From: an uncultured Alphaproteobacteria bacterium
Lineage (GTDB): Bacteria > Pseudomonadota > Alphaproteobacteria > RF32 > CAG-239
DNA: 64,000 bases
Assembly (NCBI GenBank): GCA_944392275.1
Contig: CALXWA010000004.1
Location: 20,562 to 84,561, forward strand
Direction: 5' to 3'
A program made the translations under genes and the position numbers. The notes below the pieces were generated by a model. That model was not told where the DNA came from. It worked only from the letters and a program-made list of their open reading frames with translations, and did not search any database. Of the stretch, positions 28,736 to 38,516 are shown in pieces (position 1 is the first letter of the stretch; every line of letters begins with the position of its first letter).

Positions 28736-28811
28736 TGGTAGCGGGTGAGGGATTCGAACCCACGACACAAGGATTATGATTCCTCCGCTCTACCGACTGA
28801 GCTAACCCGCC
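28736..28811 (-). tRNA. tRNA-Met (CAT anticodon; an elongator Met or a lysidine-type Ile2 cannot be told apart from the sequence alone)
   Basis: 76 nt on the minus strand: GGCGGGT acceptor, anticodon loop ATCATAA, T-loop TTCGAAT, and 3' ACCA. It lacks the three consecutive G-C pairs of the initiator anticodon stem. A hairpin plus T-run follows it at about 28707-28733. Confidence 0.85.
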
Positions 28812-28963
28812 ATCAAAATTCTTGTACTTTTTAATCTTTATATTTTCCCTTGTCAAGATATATTTTAGTTATCAAATTAAAAAAAACAAAAAATTTAATC
28901 AACTGGACACCAGCAAAATATTTTGCTAACTTAAAGCATCCCAAATAATACAGGAAAAAAAAG

Positions 28964-29335
28964 ATGAACAAACTTTTATTTATAGAATATCCCAAATGTT
29001 CAACTTGCCAAAAAGCAAAACGCTGGCTGGAGGAAAAGCATATCTCGTTTGAAGATCGACATATCATAGAAGAGACCCCAACCGTTGAAGAACTTCGCCA
29101 ATGGCATCAACGCAGCCGACAAGAATTAAAAAAATTTTTTAACACCAGCGGCTTAAAATACAAAGCTCTCAACCTGAAAGAAAAATTACCTCTCCTCTCC
29201 ACGGAAGAACAATTCGCTCTTCTTGCCTCGGACGGCATGCTCATAAAACGACCGCTTTTAATAGGAGATGACTTTGTTTTAACGGGATTCCAACCGCTTT
29301 TATGGGAAAAGGCAATTACTTCTTCCGTAAAATAA
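28964..29335 (+). CDS. ArsC/Spx-family thioredoxin-fold protein (CxxC)
   Basis: N-terminal CSTC motif within a YPKCSTCQKAKRWLEE context typical of the Spx/ArsC family; 123 aa. Confidence 0.65.
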   Translation: MNKLLFIEYPKCSTCQKAKRWLEEKHISFEDRHIIEETPTVEELRQWHQRSRQELKKFFNTSGLKYKALNLKEKLPLLSTEEQFALLASDGMLIKRPLLIGDDFVLTGFQPLLWEKAITSSVK

Positions 29336-29900
29336 AATCAACAATATCCCCACATAAACGATTATGGGTCGATTCGGGACTAAGATAATAATCAATGGAA
29401 CATCCGAGCTTTTGTAAAACCTCATAACTACTCTTTCGATCTTGATTCAAAAACGTATCTTTTCCGGCCTCCACCCACACAATCGGAACATCTTTATTAA
29501 TAGGGACCTCAAAATCAAGATACCTCGGAAAATCGCCGCAAAGACTAATAACTTTTTGCGGCCCCAGAATCAACCCCAAATAACAAGACATCAGACCACC
29601 TTGAGAATGTCCGCATAAAATCACGTCATCAAATGTTTGTGACCTTTTTTTCAACTCTGTTTCAATTTGTTCGACAATAAAATCAACGGATAAATTAAAT
29701 TCTTTAACAATCATCTGTGGTTGACCATCGACCTCTTCCTTATCAAACCACTTAAAACCATCGGGGTGTTGTGAGCTTTTTAACGGGGCATTAAAACGCA
29801 AAACATCGCAATCCAAACCATCAGCAATTTTATCAATCAGCTCATAATGAGCCTCTTTATTGGCACCTTTCCCGTGCAAAAAAACAAGCAACTTTTTCAT
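29316..29900 (-). CDS. alpha/beta hydrolase, phospholipase/carboxylesterase family
   Basis: GHSQGG nucleophile elbow; 194 aa. Confidence 0.7.
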   Translation of the reverse strand: MKKLLVFLHGKGANKEAHYELIDKIADGLDCDVLRFNAPLKSSQHPDGFKWFDKEEVDGQPQMIVKEFNLSVDFIVEQIETELKKRSQTFDDVILCGHSQGGLMSCYLGLILGPQKVISLCGDFPRYLDFEVPINKDVPIVWVEAGKDTFLNQDRKSSYEVLQKLGCSIDYYLSPESTHNRLCGDIVDFILRKK

Positions 29901-30012
29901 TTATAACATTCCTTTCAACAAAGACCTCTACAAACCCCGATATTTAAAACTATATTAACTCCTGAAAAGAATTCAAGTTTAATTCATCCCCTCACAAAAT
30001 AAGGAGAAAAAA

Positions 30013-30369
30013 ATGAAAAAAATATTGTTAACAATGACTTTGGTTTTATCTCTGTTTAGCATCAATGCCATGGCTTCCGGCAATGAAGGCGGTTTTTATA
30101 ATCCATCGGCCGCAACAACAAAAGTCAAAGACCTGGCTCAAAAAAATGATAATGATTTTGTCATTTTGCAAGGCAACATCCAACAAGAAACCGGAGAAGA
30201 TATTTATGTTTTTTCTGACGGAAGCGGAACCATCAACATTGAAATTGACAACGATGACTGGAACGGCCAAACCATAACACCGCAAGATATCGTCTTAATC
30301 AAAGGACAAGTCGACAAAGACGGAAATCTTATTGAAATTGATGTTGATGAAGTTCAGCTTGTCAAATAA
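30013..30369 (+). CDS. YgiW/YdeI (BOF) family periplasmic OB-fold stress protein
   Basis: Signal peptide and a BOF-like core (FVILQGNIQQETGEDIYVFSDGSGTINIEIDNDDW...EIDVDEVQL). Confidence 0.65.
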   Translation: MKKILLTMTLVLSLFSINAMASGNEGGFYNPSAATTKVKDLAQKNDNDFVILQGNIQQETGEDIYVFSDGSGTINIEIDNDDWNGQTITPQDIVLIKGQVDKDGNLIEIDVDEVQLVK

Positions 30370-30436
30370 AACAGAGCTTTTATAATAGACAGTCGGTAAA
30401 ATTATCGACTGTCTTATCTAAAATGGAGATAAAAAA

Positions 30437-31036
30437 ATGACGGATGAATTTCTTAAATTAACCCAACAACGACGTTCCGTATATTCACTCGGCAATGAAA
30501 TGCCGATTTATCCGGAAGAATTAACACGCTTATTCCGCGAATGCATCAAAAACTGCCCCACCCCTTTCAATTCACAATCGGGCAGAATGGTGGTTTTATA
30601 TCGCATAAACAATCGTCGTCTATGGAACTTAACCGAAGATATTCTAAAAGAACTCACTCCGGCAGAATCTTTTACCAAAACCAAACAAAAGCTTGATGGT
30701 TTTTCTTCAGGGATCGGAACAATTTTATTTTTCATTGATGATAGTGTTACGGAAGCCCTGCAAAAAAAATATCCTCTTTATGCCAAACAATTTCCGATTT
30801 GGGCCGAACAATCCATCGGCATGCTCCAATACATGGTATGGACCGCTTTGGCCGAACACAAAATCGGGGCCTCTTTGCAACATTACAATCCTTTGATTGA
30901 TGAGCAAGTCCATCATAGTTTTGATATTCCGTCCACGTGGAAGCTCTCAGCCCAAATGCCTTTTGGTTCGATTGTAGAAGCCCCGCAAGAAAAGACGTAT
31001 GAGCCCCTTGATAAACGTCTGCGTTTTATGGAATAA
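30437..31036 (+). CDS. nitroreductase-family protein
   Basis: N-terminal RRSVY motif and a nitroreductase-fold length of 199 aa. Confidence 0.7.
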   Translation: MTDEFLKLTQQRRSVYSLGNEMPIYPEELTRLFRECIKNCPTPFNSQSGRMVVLYRINNRRLWNLTEDILKELTPAESFTKTKQKLDGFSSGIGTILFFIDDSVTEALQKKYPLYAKQFPIWAEQSIGMLQYMVWTALAEHKIGASLQHYNPLIDEQVHHSFDIPSTWKLSAQMPFGSIVEAPQEKTYEPLDKRLRFME

Positions 31037-31044
31037 GCCCTATT

Positions 31045-31087
31045 CTAAAAAAATCCCTTGCCTTTTCAGACAAGGGATTTTTGTGTT
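31045..31087. terminator. Rho-independent terminator between convergent genes
   Basis: Hairpin AATCCCTTG-N10-CAAGGGATT with a 9-bp perfect stem, flanked by an A7 run and T-rich sequence. Confidence 0.75.
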
Positions 31088-31098
31088 ACGTTTTTTTG

Positions 31099-32433
31099 CT
31101 AAAATTCAAAATACAAAAAGATATTTGCAATAGCTACACTGGTTAACATAACCGGAATAGACCATAGCAAAAACTTCATAAAGTGAATATGCAATCCGTG
31201 ACGCATCGCCATACCGGCAACAACCACGTTAGCCGATGCTCCGACCAAAGTACCATTTCCGCCAAAGCAAGCCCCTAAAGACAAGGACCACCATACCGGC
31301 ATCATCACTTCGCGTCCGCCAACGGCTTCTTCCATTGATTTTAACATCGGAATCATGGTTGCTACAAACGGAATATTGTCAATAGCACTGGAAAGAATAG
31401 CCGAAGACCACAAAATCCAGTAAACCATCTTATCAATACTGCCATCGGTAAATTCAATAAACTTTTGTCCTAAGATAGCAAGCACACCGGTCACTTCAAG
31501 ACCATAAACAATAATGAATAAACCGATAAAGAAGAAAATCGTAATCCAATCCACCATATGGAAAATCTGTTCGATTTTATCTTCTCTTTCGCTACCTTGT
31601 TCGCGGAACGTATATAACAACAACAACAATGCCGCTCCGGTTAAAGCAATTGTACCATTATCCAGATAAATCTGTTTAGCAAAAATAAAACTGATAATCA
31701 CTAATGCTAAAACGCTTAAAGATTTAATCAATAAACCCTTATCGGCAATACATTCGAATTCATTCATTTTCAAAACGGCTTCTTGATTTTTCTTGGTTGT
31801 AACCAATTGTTTTTTCCAGAAGAAATCAAACGCCAAAATCAACACAATCATGGTTGTCACAGCAACCGGCGTTAAACGATAAACAAAATCCATGAATCCG
31901 AGATCCAAAGCCGATCCAATCAAAATATTAGGAGGATCTCCGATTAAAGTTGCCGTTCCGCCGATATTAGAAGCAAAAATTTCTAATACCAGATAAGGAT
32001 ACGGATTTACCTTTAATTTTTCCGTAATCTGAAATGTTACCGGTACAATTAATAAAACCGTCGTAACATTATCCAAAAAACCGGAGAAGACAGCTGTTAC
32101 GGCAGCCAAAACCGCCAACAATCCACGAGGGCTGGCTTTAACTTTCTTAGCTCCCCAAACTGCCACAAATTGAAACAATCCCGATTTTTCGGTAATTGCT
32201 ACTATTATCATCATACCGATTAACAAAGCTAATGTATTAAAATCAATCCCTGCGAGAGCTTGTTTTTGAGACAATAGCCCTGAAACAACCATAACGCCGG
32301 CCCCCAAAAGAGCAACAACCGCACGGTTTACTTTCTCTGTAAAAATAATCACATATGCAATCGATACAACAATAATAGAAAATAACTTAGGATCTAATCC
32401 CCAAATAAGATTTGCCGTATTTGTAATATCCAT
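31099..32433 (-). CDS. ArsB/NhaD-superfamily ion permease
   Basis: 444 aa with about 12 TM helices and a central hydrophilic loop. The two halves resemble the duplicated-repeat architecture of the ArsB/NhaD/CitMHS superfamily. Confidence 0.5.
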   Translation of the reverse strand: MDITNTANLIWGLDPKLFSIIVVSIAYVIIFTEKVNRAVVALLGAGVMVVSGLLSQKQALAGIDFNTLALLIGMMIIVAITEKSGLFQFVAVWGAKKVKASPRGLLAVLAAVTAVFSGFLDNVTTVLLIVPVTFQITEKLKVNPYPYLVLEIFASNIGGTATLIGDPPNILIGSALDLGFMDFVYRLTPVAVTTMIVLILAFDFFWKKQLVTTKKNQEAVLKMNEFECIADKGLLIKSLSVLALVIISFIFAKQIYLDNGTIALTGAALLLLLYTFREQGSEREDKIEQIFHMVDWITIFFFIGLFIIVYGLEVTGVLAILGQKFIEFTDGSIDKMVYWILWSSAILSSAIDNIPFVATMIPMLKSMEEAVGGREVMMPVWWSLSLGACFGGNGTLVGASANVVVAGMAMRHGLHIHFMKFLLWSIPVMLTSVAIANIFLYFEF

Positions 32434-32588
32434 TTTTATTTTCCTTAAAATTAAATCAACACTTTATTACTATCGAATGATAATTAATATTTGGTTTAAG
32501 TTTTAGCCTTTTTATCTAATTAAAAAAGGCTCTTCGCTCTTATATTAAAAGAAAACAGGATCAAAAAACAAGCAACCGGAGGAAAAAA

Positions 32589-33065
32589 ATGACAACAGCA
32601 AAAGCATTATTGGCCGGCGGTTGTTTTTGGGATTTACAAAGTGCCTTCAAAAACAAATCCGGCATTATTTCAACCCGTATCGGCTATACGGGAGGACGAG
32701 TTCCCAACCCAACATTTATGGAAATTTACGGTGGCAAAACCGGACACGTTGAAGCCGTAGAAATCACCTTTAATAACCAGATGATATCCTATAAACAAAT
32801 TCTTGAGATTTTTTTTGCCAATCATGATCCGACAAACCATAATTCGGAAGGAAAACTTTTAGCCTCACAACACCGTTCGACAATTTTTTATTTTGACGAC
32901 ACCCAAAAACAACTCGCTAAAGAAAAAATAACCAAACTTCAAACTCAAAACCAATATACCTTTCCGATTATAACGGAAATCAAAAAGGCAACTATGTTTT
33001 ACCCAGCCTCCCCCTATCATCAAACACCACAACCGGGGATTCATCGTCCCCAACTGCTTTCTTAA
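32589..33065 (+). CDS. msrA: peptide-methionine (S)-S-oxide reductase
   Basis: GGCFW active-site motif and MsrA core; 158 aa. The C-terminal end diverges from the E. coli tail. Confidence 0.85.
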   Translation: MTTAKALLAGGCFWDLQSAFKNKSGIISTRIGYTGGRVPNPTFMEIYGGKTGHVEAVEITFNNQMISYKQILEIFFANHDPTNHNSEGKLLASQHRSTIFYFDDTQKQLAKEKITKLQTQNQYTFPIITEIKKATMFYPASPYHQTPQPGIHRPQLLS

Positions 33066-33155
33066 AAAAACTCCGTTAACAAAAAATATTTTACAATAAT
33101 TTTACCTTTTGCTGATATGAATATAATAATAAATCATACCAAAAGAGGAATAAAA

Positions 33156-34316
33156 ATGGATACCGCTCTTTGTCTGCACAACGCTACGGTTTTAACGGGA
33201 TTTTCCGTTATGAAGAAATGTGCGGTTTATATAAAAGATAACTATATTGCCGATGTTTATAATGAAGAGCGATTTAAACAAAAAAAATTTGATAGCAAAG
33301 TCAAGATTATTGATGTCAAAGGAGCTTATGTTGCTCCCGGATTAATTGATACCCATATTCACGGAATTGGCGGATACAGTGCCGATGATGCCGATTATAA
33401 ATCCATTTTGGCAATGTCCGAGATTTTAGCTCGCTATGGCGTAACATCTTTCATCCCAACGCTTTGTGCCGCCCCGGAAAAAGAATTGGTAAAAAAAATA
33501 AAAGCCGTCGTCAAAGCCATGGGTAAAGAAAAAGGGGCTCACATTCTGGGAATGCACCTGGAAGGACCTTTTTTATCCCCTGACCGAATTGGAGCCCAAG
33601 ACCGCTACGGTATTTGTGATGTTGACTTAAAACTCCTTGATCGTTTATGGAAAGCCTCCAAAGGTAAAATCATTAATATGACCCTTGCTCCCGAACTCAA
33701 AGGGATGAGAGAATTGGCCTTAAATTGCATAAAAAAAGGGATTATCATGCAAGCCGGGCATACCAATGCCACTTATGAGCAAATGATAGAGGGAATGCAA
33801 GTAAACATCATGCATGTTACCCATCTTTTCAATGCCATGAGACCTCTCCATCATCGAGAACCCGGAGTTGTCGGAGCCGCTTTAATTCACCCCGAAATTT
33901 CATGTGAAATTATTGGCGACGGAATTCACGTTAACCCAAACTTAATTGCCTTGTTAATGAAAAGCAAACCGCTCAGCCAATTAGTCTTAATAACCGATGC
34001 TTTTGACTTGGCCAAAACCGAACTGCCTCCGGATTCTCCCTACTATTTTGATGAATGCTTCAAAAGAAAATGTGATGATGTGATTGTCGGCTCCGGAATA
34101 TCCATGTTTGACGGTTTACGCAATCTAGTCCGCTATGAAGTTCCGGTAGAAAAAGCAATTCGGATGGCATCATCAAACCCTGCCAAAATAATGAAACAAG
34201 AGAACAAAGGTTTCATCATCCCGGGCTATGATGCAGACATTATCATATTTGATAAAGAATTCAAAAACGTACAAACAATCATTAACGGACAATTTATAAA
34301 GGACGCAAAACCATGA
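33156..34316 (+). CDS. nagA: N-acetylglucosamine-6-phosphate deacetylase
   Basis: Amidohydrolase motifs (GLIDTHIHG, HLEGPFL). Trimmed to the ATG at 33156, preceded by an AGAGGA RBS. Overlaps nagB by 4 nt. Confidence 0.85.
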   Translation: MDTALCLHNATVLTGFSVMKKCAVYIKDNYIADVYNEERFKQKKFDSKVKIIDVKGAYVAPGLIDTHIHGIGGYSADDADYKSILAMSEILARYGVTSFIPTLCAAPEKELVKKIKAVVKAMGKEKGAHILGMHLEGPFLSPDRIGAQDRYGICDVDLKLLDRLWKASKGKIINMTLAPELKGMRELALNCIKKGIIMQAGHTNATYEQMIEGMQVNIMHVTHLFNAMRPLHHREPGVVGAALIHPEISCEIIGDGIHVNPNLIALLMKSKPLSQLVLITDAFDLAKTELPPDSPYYFDECFKRKCDDVIVGSGISMFDGLRNLVRYEVPVEKAIRMASSNPAKIMKQENKGFIIPGYDADIIIFDKEFKNVQTIINGQFIKDAKP

Positions 34317-35104
34317 GACTGATTATCCAAAACAACTATGACGACTGTTCCCGCTGGGCCGCTCAATATGTCGCTTATAAAATAAAAGCTTTTCGCCCGA
34401 CGGCAAAAAAACCTTTTGTCCTCGGTCTTCCAACCGGTTCCACCCCTTTAGGAATGTACAAACTCTTAATTGAGATGTATCAACAAAAGAAACTCTCTTT
34501 TGAGAATGTTGTGACCTTTAACATGGATGAATATATTGGTCTCGATGGCAAGCACCCGCAAAGTTACCGCCACTTTATGTACGAAAATTTCTTTAACCAT
34601 GTTAACATTCCTGCGGCCAATATCCATATGCTAAACGGAATGACCAAAGATTATGCCAAAGAATGCCAACTTTATGAAAACGCAATCAAAAGCTATGGTA
34701 AAATCCATCTTTTTATCGGTGGTGTCGGAGAAGACGGACATATCGCCTTCAATGAGCCGGGATCATCTCTGAGTTCCCGTACGCGTGTAAAAACTCTCAC
34801 CAAAGAAACAATTGCCGCTAATTCTCGCTTTTTTGACAATGACCCGACAAAAGTTCCGCAAACCGTCTTAACCATTGGGATCGGAACCTTTATGGATGCC
34901 GAGGAAGTCCTGTTGATTGCAACCGGAAACAAAAAAGCACGAGCCATTCACCATGCCGTTGAAGGAAGTATCAACCACATGTGGCCCATAAGCATTACAC
35001 AAATGCATCAACATGGGATTATCCTTTGTGATGAAGCGGCCACAAGCGAGCTCCGTGCCGATACGGTTCGCTATTTCAAAGACATAGAAGCACAAAAATT
35101 CTAA
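34313..35104 (+). CDS. nagB: glucosamine-6-phosphate deaminase
   Basis: NagB signature (LGLPTGSTPLGMYKLL...FNMDEYIGL...GEDGHIAFNEPGSS); 263 aa. Confidence 0.9.
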   Translation: MRLIIQNNYDDCSRWAAQYVAYKIKAFRPTAKKPFVLGLPTGSTPLGMYKLLIEMYQQKKLSFENVVTFNMDEYIGLDGKHPQSYRHFMYENFFNHVNIPAANIHMLNGMTKDYAKECQLYENAIKSYGKIHLFIGGVGEDGHIAFNEPGSSLSSRTRVKTLTKETIAANSRFFDNDPTKVPQTVLTIGIGTFMDAEEVLLIATGNKKARAIHHAVEGSINHMWPISITQMHQHGIILCDEAATSELRADTVRYFKDIEAQKF

Positions 35105-35194
35105 TAACATCAGAAAAAAGTTTATTTTTTTTCAAAATTGTTATATATTATAAAAATCATCCGATAGTCTTTCAAAAGAGGAAAGGAAAATATT

Positions 35195-36046
35195 ATGTTT
35201 GATATTGTAAAAAAAGCTTATCGATTATTTTTTACCAACCTTCCGATTATTCTTTTGCTCTGCATTCCCCTATTCTTATTAAGTGCAATTGATATTGCCT
35301 TGTTTGGAGGAGATGTATTTGCAAACGGGTCATCACTCGCTTGGATCTCGGCATTTGTTGTAGCCCTGGCCGGAGCCGCTACCGACATCTCAATTTATCA
35401 GGTATTTTTTAAATACAAAAAAATCAATCCGCTCCGCTGCCCAAAAGCTTTTTTACAATACTTTGTTACGCAAATCATCATTAGCGTTGTAGCGATTATA
35501 CCGATTTTTGTCTTGCAATATCTCTTGAGCTTCTTTATCAGCTCGAATGGTTATATCTTAACGATTGCATTATTGGCAAATTTCTTTATTGGTTTCTATA
35601 TTTTAATTCGTTTCAATTGTGTTTTGCCAATGATTATTACACAGCAAATACCGAGCTATAAAAACTTTTTAACCATGACCGATAAAAGCTATTCTTCATG
35701 GATTTTGGCAGCCGTAAGCATCTTCACACCCTATATCGTGCTGAATTATTTCATTCCGAATATCTACGCAAATATGCTTTTAACAACCTTGGCATTAGTT
35801 CTGTTTAATTGCTTTGCGGCATCCTTTGTATTAGAAAACAACTTAGTAAAAGTAAGTAGTGTTTCCGTTCCGCTAAAAACGAAAACAGAACCGACATTTT
35901 CTAAAACAGAGCCGGCCTCTTCTCAAAAACAAAGCTCCAAAGAAGAACCCAAGGCTCCGCAAAAAAAACTACCTTCTAAAAAGAAGGCCGAAACCAAAAC
36001 TTCTGCAACCAAAACAAAAGTTGCAAAAAAACAAAATGATAAATAA
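35195..36046 (+). CDS. polytopic membrane protein with K/S/T-rich C-terminal tail, hypothetical
   Basis: About 6 TM helices, then a hydrophilic Lys-rich tail (KKLPSKKKAETKTSATKTKVAKKQNDK). Confidence 0.5.
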   Translation: MFDIVKKAYRLFFTNLPIILLLCIPLFLLSAIDIALFGGDVFANGSSLAWISAFVVALAGAATDISIYQVFFKYKKINPLRCPKAFLQYFVTQIIISVVAIIPIFVLQYLLSFFISSNGYILTIALLANFFIGFYILIRFNCVLPMIITQQIPSYKNFLTMTDKSYSSWILAAVSIFTPYIVLNYFIPNIYANMLLTTLALVLFNCFAASFVLENNLVKVSSVSVPLKTKTEPTFSKTEPASSQKQSSKEEPKAPQKKLPSKKKAETKTSATKTKVAKKQNDK

Positions 36047-36057
36047 ATAACAACAAG

Positions 36058-36122
36058 AAAACCCCGAATTTTTTCGGGGTTTTCTTTAAAATAAAAGCTC
36101 TCCATATTCAAGGAGAGCTTTT
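36058..36122. terminator. tandem pair of Rho-independent terminators between convergent genes
   Basis: Hairpin 1 is AAAACCCCGAA-TTTTT-TTCGGGGTTTT. Hairpin 2 is AAAAGCTCTCC-N8-GGAGAGCTTTT. Both have perfect stems and are followed by T-rich tracts. Confidence 0.75.
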
Positions 36123-36125
36123 ATT

Positions 36126-38516
36126 TTAGTGAGGACGCAATTCGCCACCTGTTTTTTTAGCAACCTCAACAATAACCTTATTCATCAGATTTTCAATATC
36201 CTGATCACTAAAGGTATTTTCAATCGGTTGAAATGTAACAGATAAAGCGAGCGACTTTTTGCCATCCGGAACGTTTTCACCTTCATAGACATCAAATACA
36301 CGAACATCGGTAATATGAGCTCTGTCAGCATTTTTAGCCGCAGCAATGACATCCGTCGCCTTAACATTTTTATTAACAATAAAGGCAAAATCTTTATCCA
36401 AAGGTTGGAATAACGAAAGCTCAAGTTTCTTTCTAGCTTTATCGCTTGATTGACGTGGTGTCGGTAAATTACTGACATAAACCTCAAAAGCCACAACCCT
36501 CTGCTTCAGACCAAACATCTTACAAATCATCGGGTGCAGCTCACCAAAATACGCAATGACATTTTTCCCCAAACGAAGAGCCCCGCTTCTCCCCGGATGA
36601 TAATATTCCGGAGCATCCAAACTGATTTGGGCACTGTCATAAGGACCATTTGCCGCAGCAATAGCAGCTAAAGCATCTGCCTTAACATCAAAAACATCAT
36701 AGGAGCGCTGCTCATTCAACCAATGTTTCTTTGAGGTCAATCCACTTCGAATACCAGCAGCAACCGTCAATTGTTCTTTAGGACGGCGTCCGTAAAATTC
36801 AGGTCCTACCTCAAACAAGCAAACATTGCTATAACCGCGAGCAATATTATTTTTAAGCCCGATTAATAAATTCGGTAAAAGAGAAGGACGCATTTCATCA
36901 AGCTCGGTCGTAATCGGATTATATAGTTTGATAGCCTCTCTTCCCTTGCGAAAAGGTTCCGCCAATTTTGAATCGGTAAAGCTCCAAGTAACGGTTTCCA
37001 ACATTCCGCGATCAGCCAATTCATGTTTGACCGTCACCACGCGTCTTTGTTCCGGAGTCAAAACCTGTTTCGGAAATTTTCCATGCGGCAAAGTTTCGGC
37101 CGGAATATGATCCAAACCAATCATCCGCACAATTTCCTCAATTAAATCCTGTTCCCCTTCAATATCTCCTCTCCAGGTCGGAGAAACAGCTTTAACCCGA
37201 TCCCCCTCATCTGTCGTTTCAAAACCAAGATGATTTAAAATCTCAATAATTTTTTCTTTGCTAACCTCCAAACCGACAAATTCTTTCATACGGCTGGGAC
37301 GAAGGTAAGCAACACGAGGTTGTACATCTTCCTTTCCGCAGACAACAATCTCTGAGGCTTCTCCGCCGCAAATTTCCAAAATCAACTGCGTCGCATATTC
37401 TGATCCCAAAACATTGGATTTTGGATCAACCCAACGTTCATACCGATACCGAGAATCAGAATCAATCTGAAATTTGCGTCCGGTACGGGCTATACACTCC
37501 GGAGAAAACAACGCACATTCCAGAAAAACATTACGTGTATCTTCCGAACACCCTTTGGCCAAACCGCCCATGATTCCGCCCAAACATTGGACACCTTCTT
37601 CATCGCAGATTCCCAAAGACTTATTATCCAACAAATACTCTTTTTCATCCAAAGCGGTAAAGGGTTCGCCATCTTTTGCCATACGAACGGTAATGTTACC
37701 TTTAAGCTTATCCGCATCAAAAACATGCAACGGACGAGCCAAATCATAATTGATATAATTTGTTATATCAACCAACGGAGAAATAGAACGCAAGCCGATA
37801 GCCGTCAAACGATCTTTCATCCATTTTGGAGTTTGAGCATGATTATTCACATTGCGGATATAGCGTCCGGTATAGGTTGGACAAGCCTTAAAATCTTCAA
37901 CACTTACATTAATCGGGGACTGGAAGGTGCTGTTTTGTTTAGAAATATTCAAAGGCTTTAATTTTCCGAGCCCCGCTGCGGCCAAATCTCTGGCCACCCC
38001 GCGTACACCCAAGCATTCGGCCCGATTAGGTGTAATTGAAATTTCAAAAACCGGATCAATTTGCAAAACTTCCGCAGCCGGCAAACCGATTTTGGTCTCT
38101 GAAGGCAATTCAATAATCCCGGTATGATCTTCCCCAACCCCGAGTTCTTTTTCGGAACACATCATGCCAAAACTTTCGACACCACGTATTTTTCCGACTT
38201 TTAAGACTTCATTATAACACGGAATAACGACACCGACCGGAGCAAAGATTCCTTTTAATCCCTGATGACAGTTCGGAGCACCGCAAACAACCTGCAATTT
38301 TTCTTTTCCGGTATTAACGGTCAATAATCCCAAATGATCTGAATCAGGATGCTTTTCATAAGTTTCAACTTCTGCTGTGACAAAACCGTCTAACTTATTG
38401 GCAGGATTATAAACTTCTTCCACTTCCAAACCAATTTTCGTTAATGTTTCGGCAATTTCATCAACACTGGCATTGGTATCCAAATGTTCTTTCAACCATG
38501 ATAATGTAAATTTCAT
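36126..38516 (-). CDS. pheT: phenylalanine--tRNA ligase beta subunit
   Basis: 796 aa, co-linear with PheT (tRNA-binding, B3/B4, B5, catalytic-like and anticodon-binding domains). Confidence 0.95.
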   Translation of the reverse strand: MKFTLSWLKEHLDTNASVDEIAETLTKIGLEVEEVYNPANKLDGFVTAEVETYEKHPDSDHLGLLTVNTGKEKLQVVCGAPNCHQGLKGIFAPVGVVIPCYNEVLKVGKIRGVESFGMMCSEKELGVGEDHTGIIELPSETKIGLPAAEVLQIDPVFEISITPNRAECLGVRGVARDLAAAGLGKLKPLNISKQNSTFQSPINVSVEDFKACPTYTGRYIRNVNNHAQTPKWMKDRLTAIGLRSISPLVDITNYINYDLARPLHVFDADKLKGNITVRMAKDGEPFTALDEKEYLLDNKSLGICDEEGVQCLGGIMGGLAKGCSEDTRNVFLECALFSPECIARTGRKFQIDSDSRYRYERWVDPKSNVLGSEYATQLILEICGGEASEIVVCGKEDVQPRVAYLRPSRMKEFVGLEVSKEKIIEILNHLGFETTDEGDRVKAVSPTWRGDIEGEQDLIEEIVRMIGLDHIPAETLPHGKFPKQVLTPEQRRVVTVKHELADRGMLETVTWSFTDSKLAEPFRKGREAIKLYNPITTELDEMRPSLLPNLLIGLKNNIARGYSNVCLFEVGPEFYGRRPKEQLTVAAGIRSGLTSKKHWLNEQRSYDVFDVKADALAAIAAANGPYDSAQISLDAPEYYHPGRSGALRLGKNVIAYFGELHPMICKMFGLKQRVVAFEVYVSNLPTPRQSSDKARKKLELSLFQPLDKDFAFIVNKNVKATDVIAAAKNADRAHITDVRVFDVYEGENVPDGKKSLALSVTFQPIENTFSDQDIENLMNKVIVEVAKKTGGELRPH

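Noticed and set aside
32990-33065. Possible frameshift at the MsrA C-terminus, where the tail diverges from the E. coli YHQQYL...GYC ending
   Set aside because: No alternative frame restores the canonical tail. MsrA C-termini are variable, so I treat the gene as intact.
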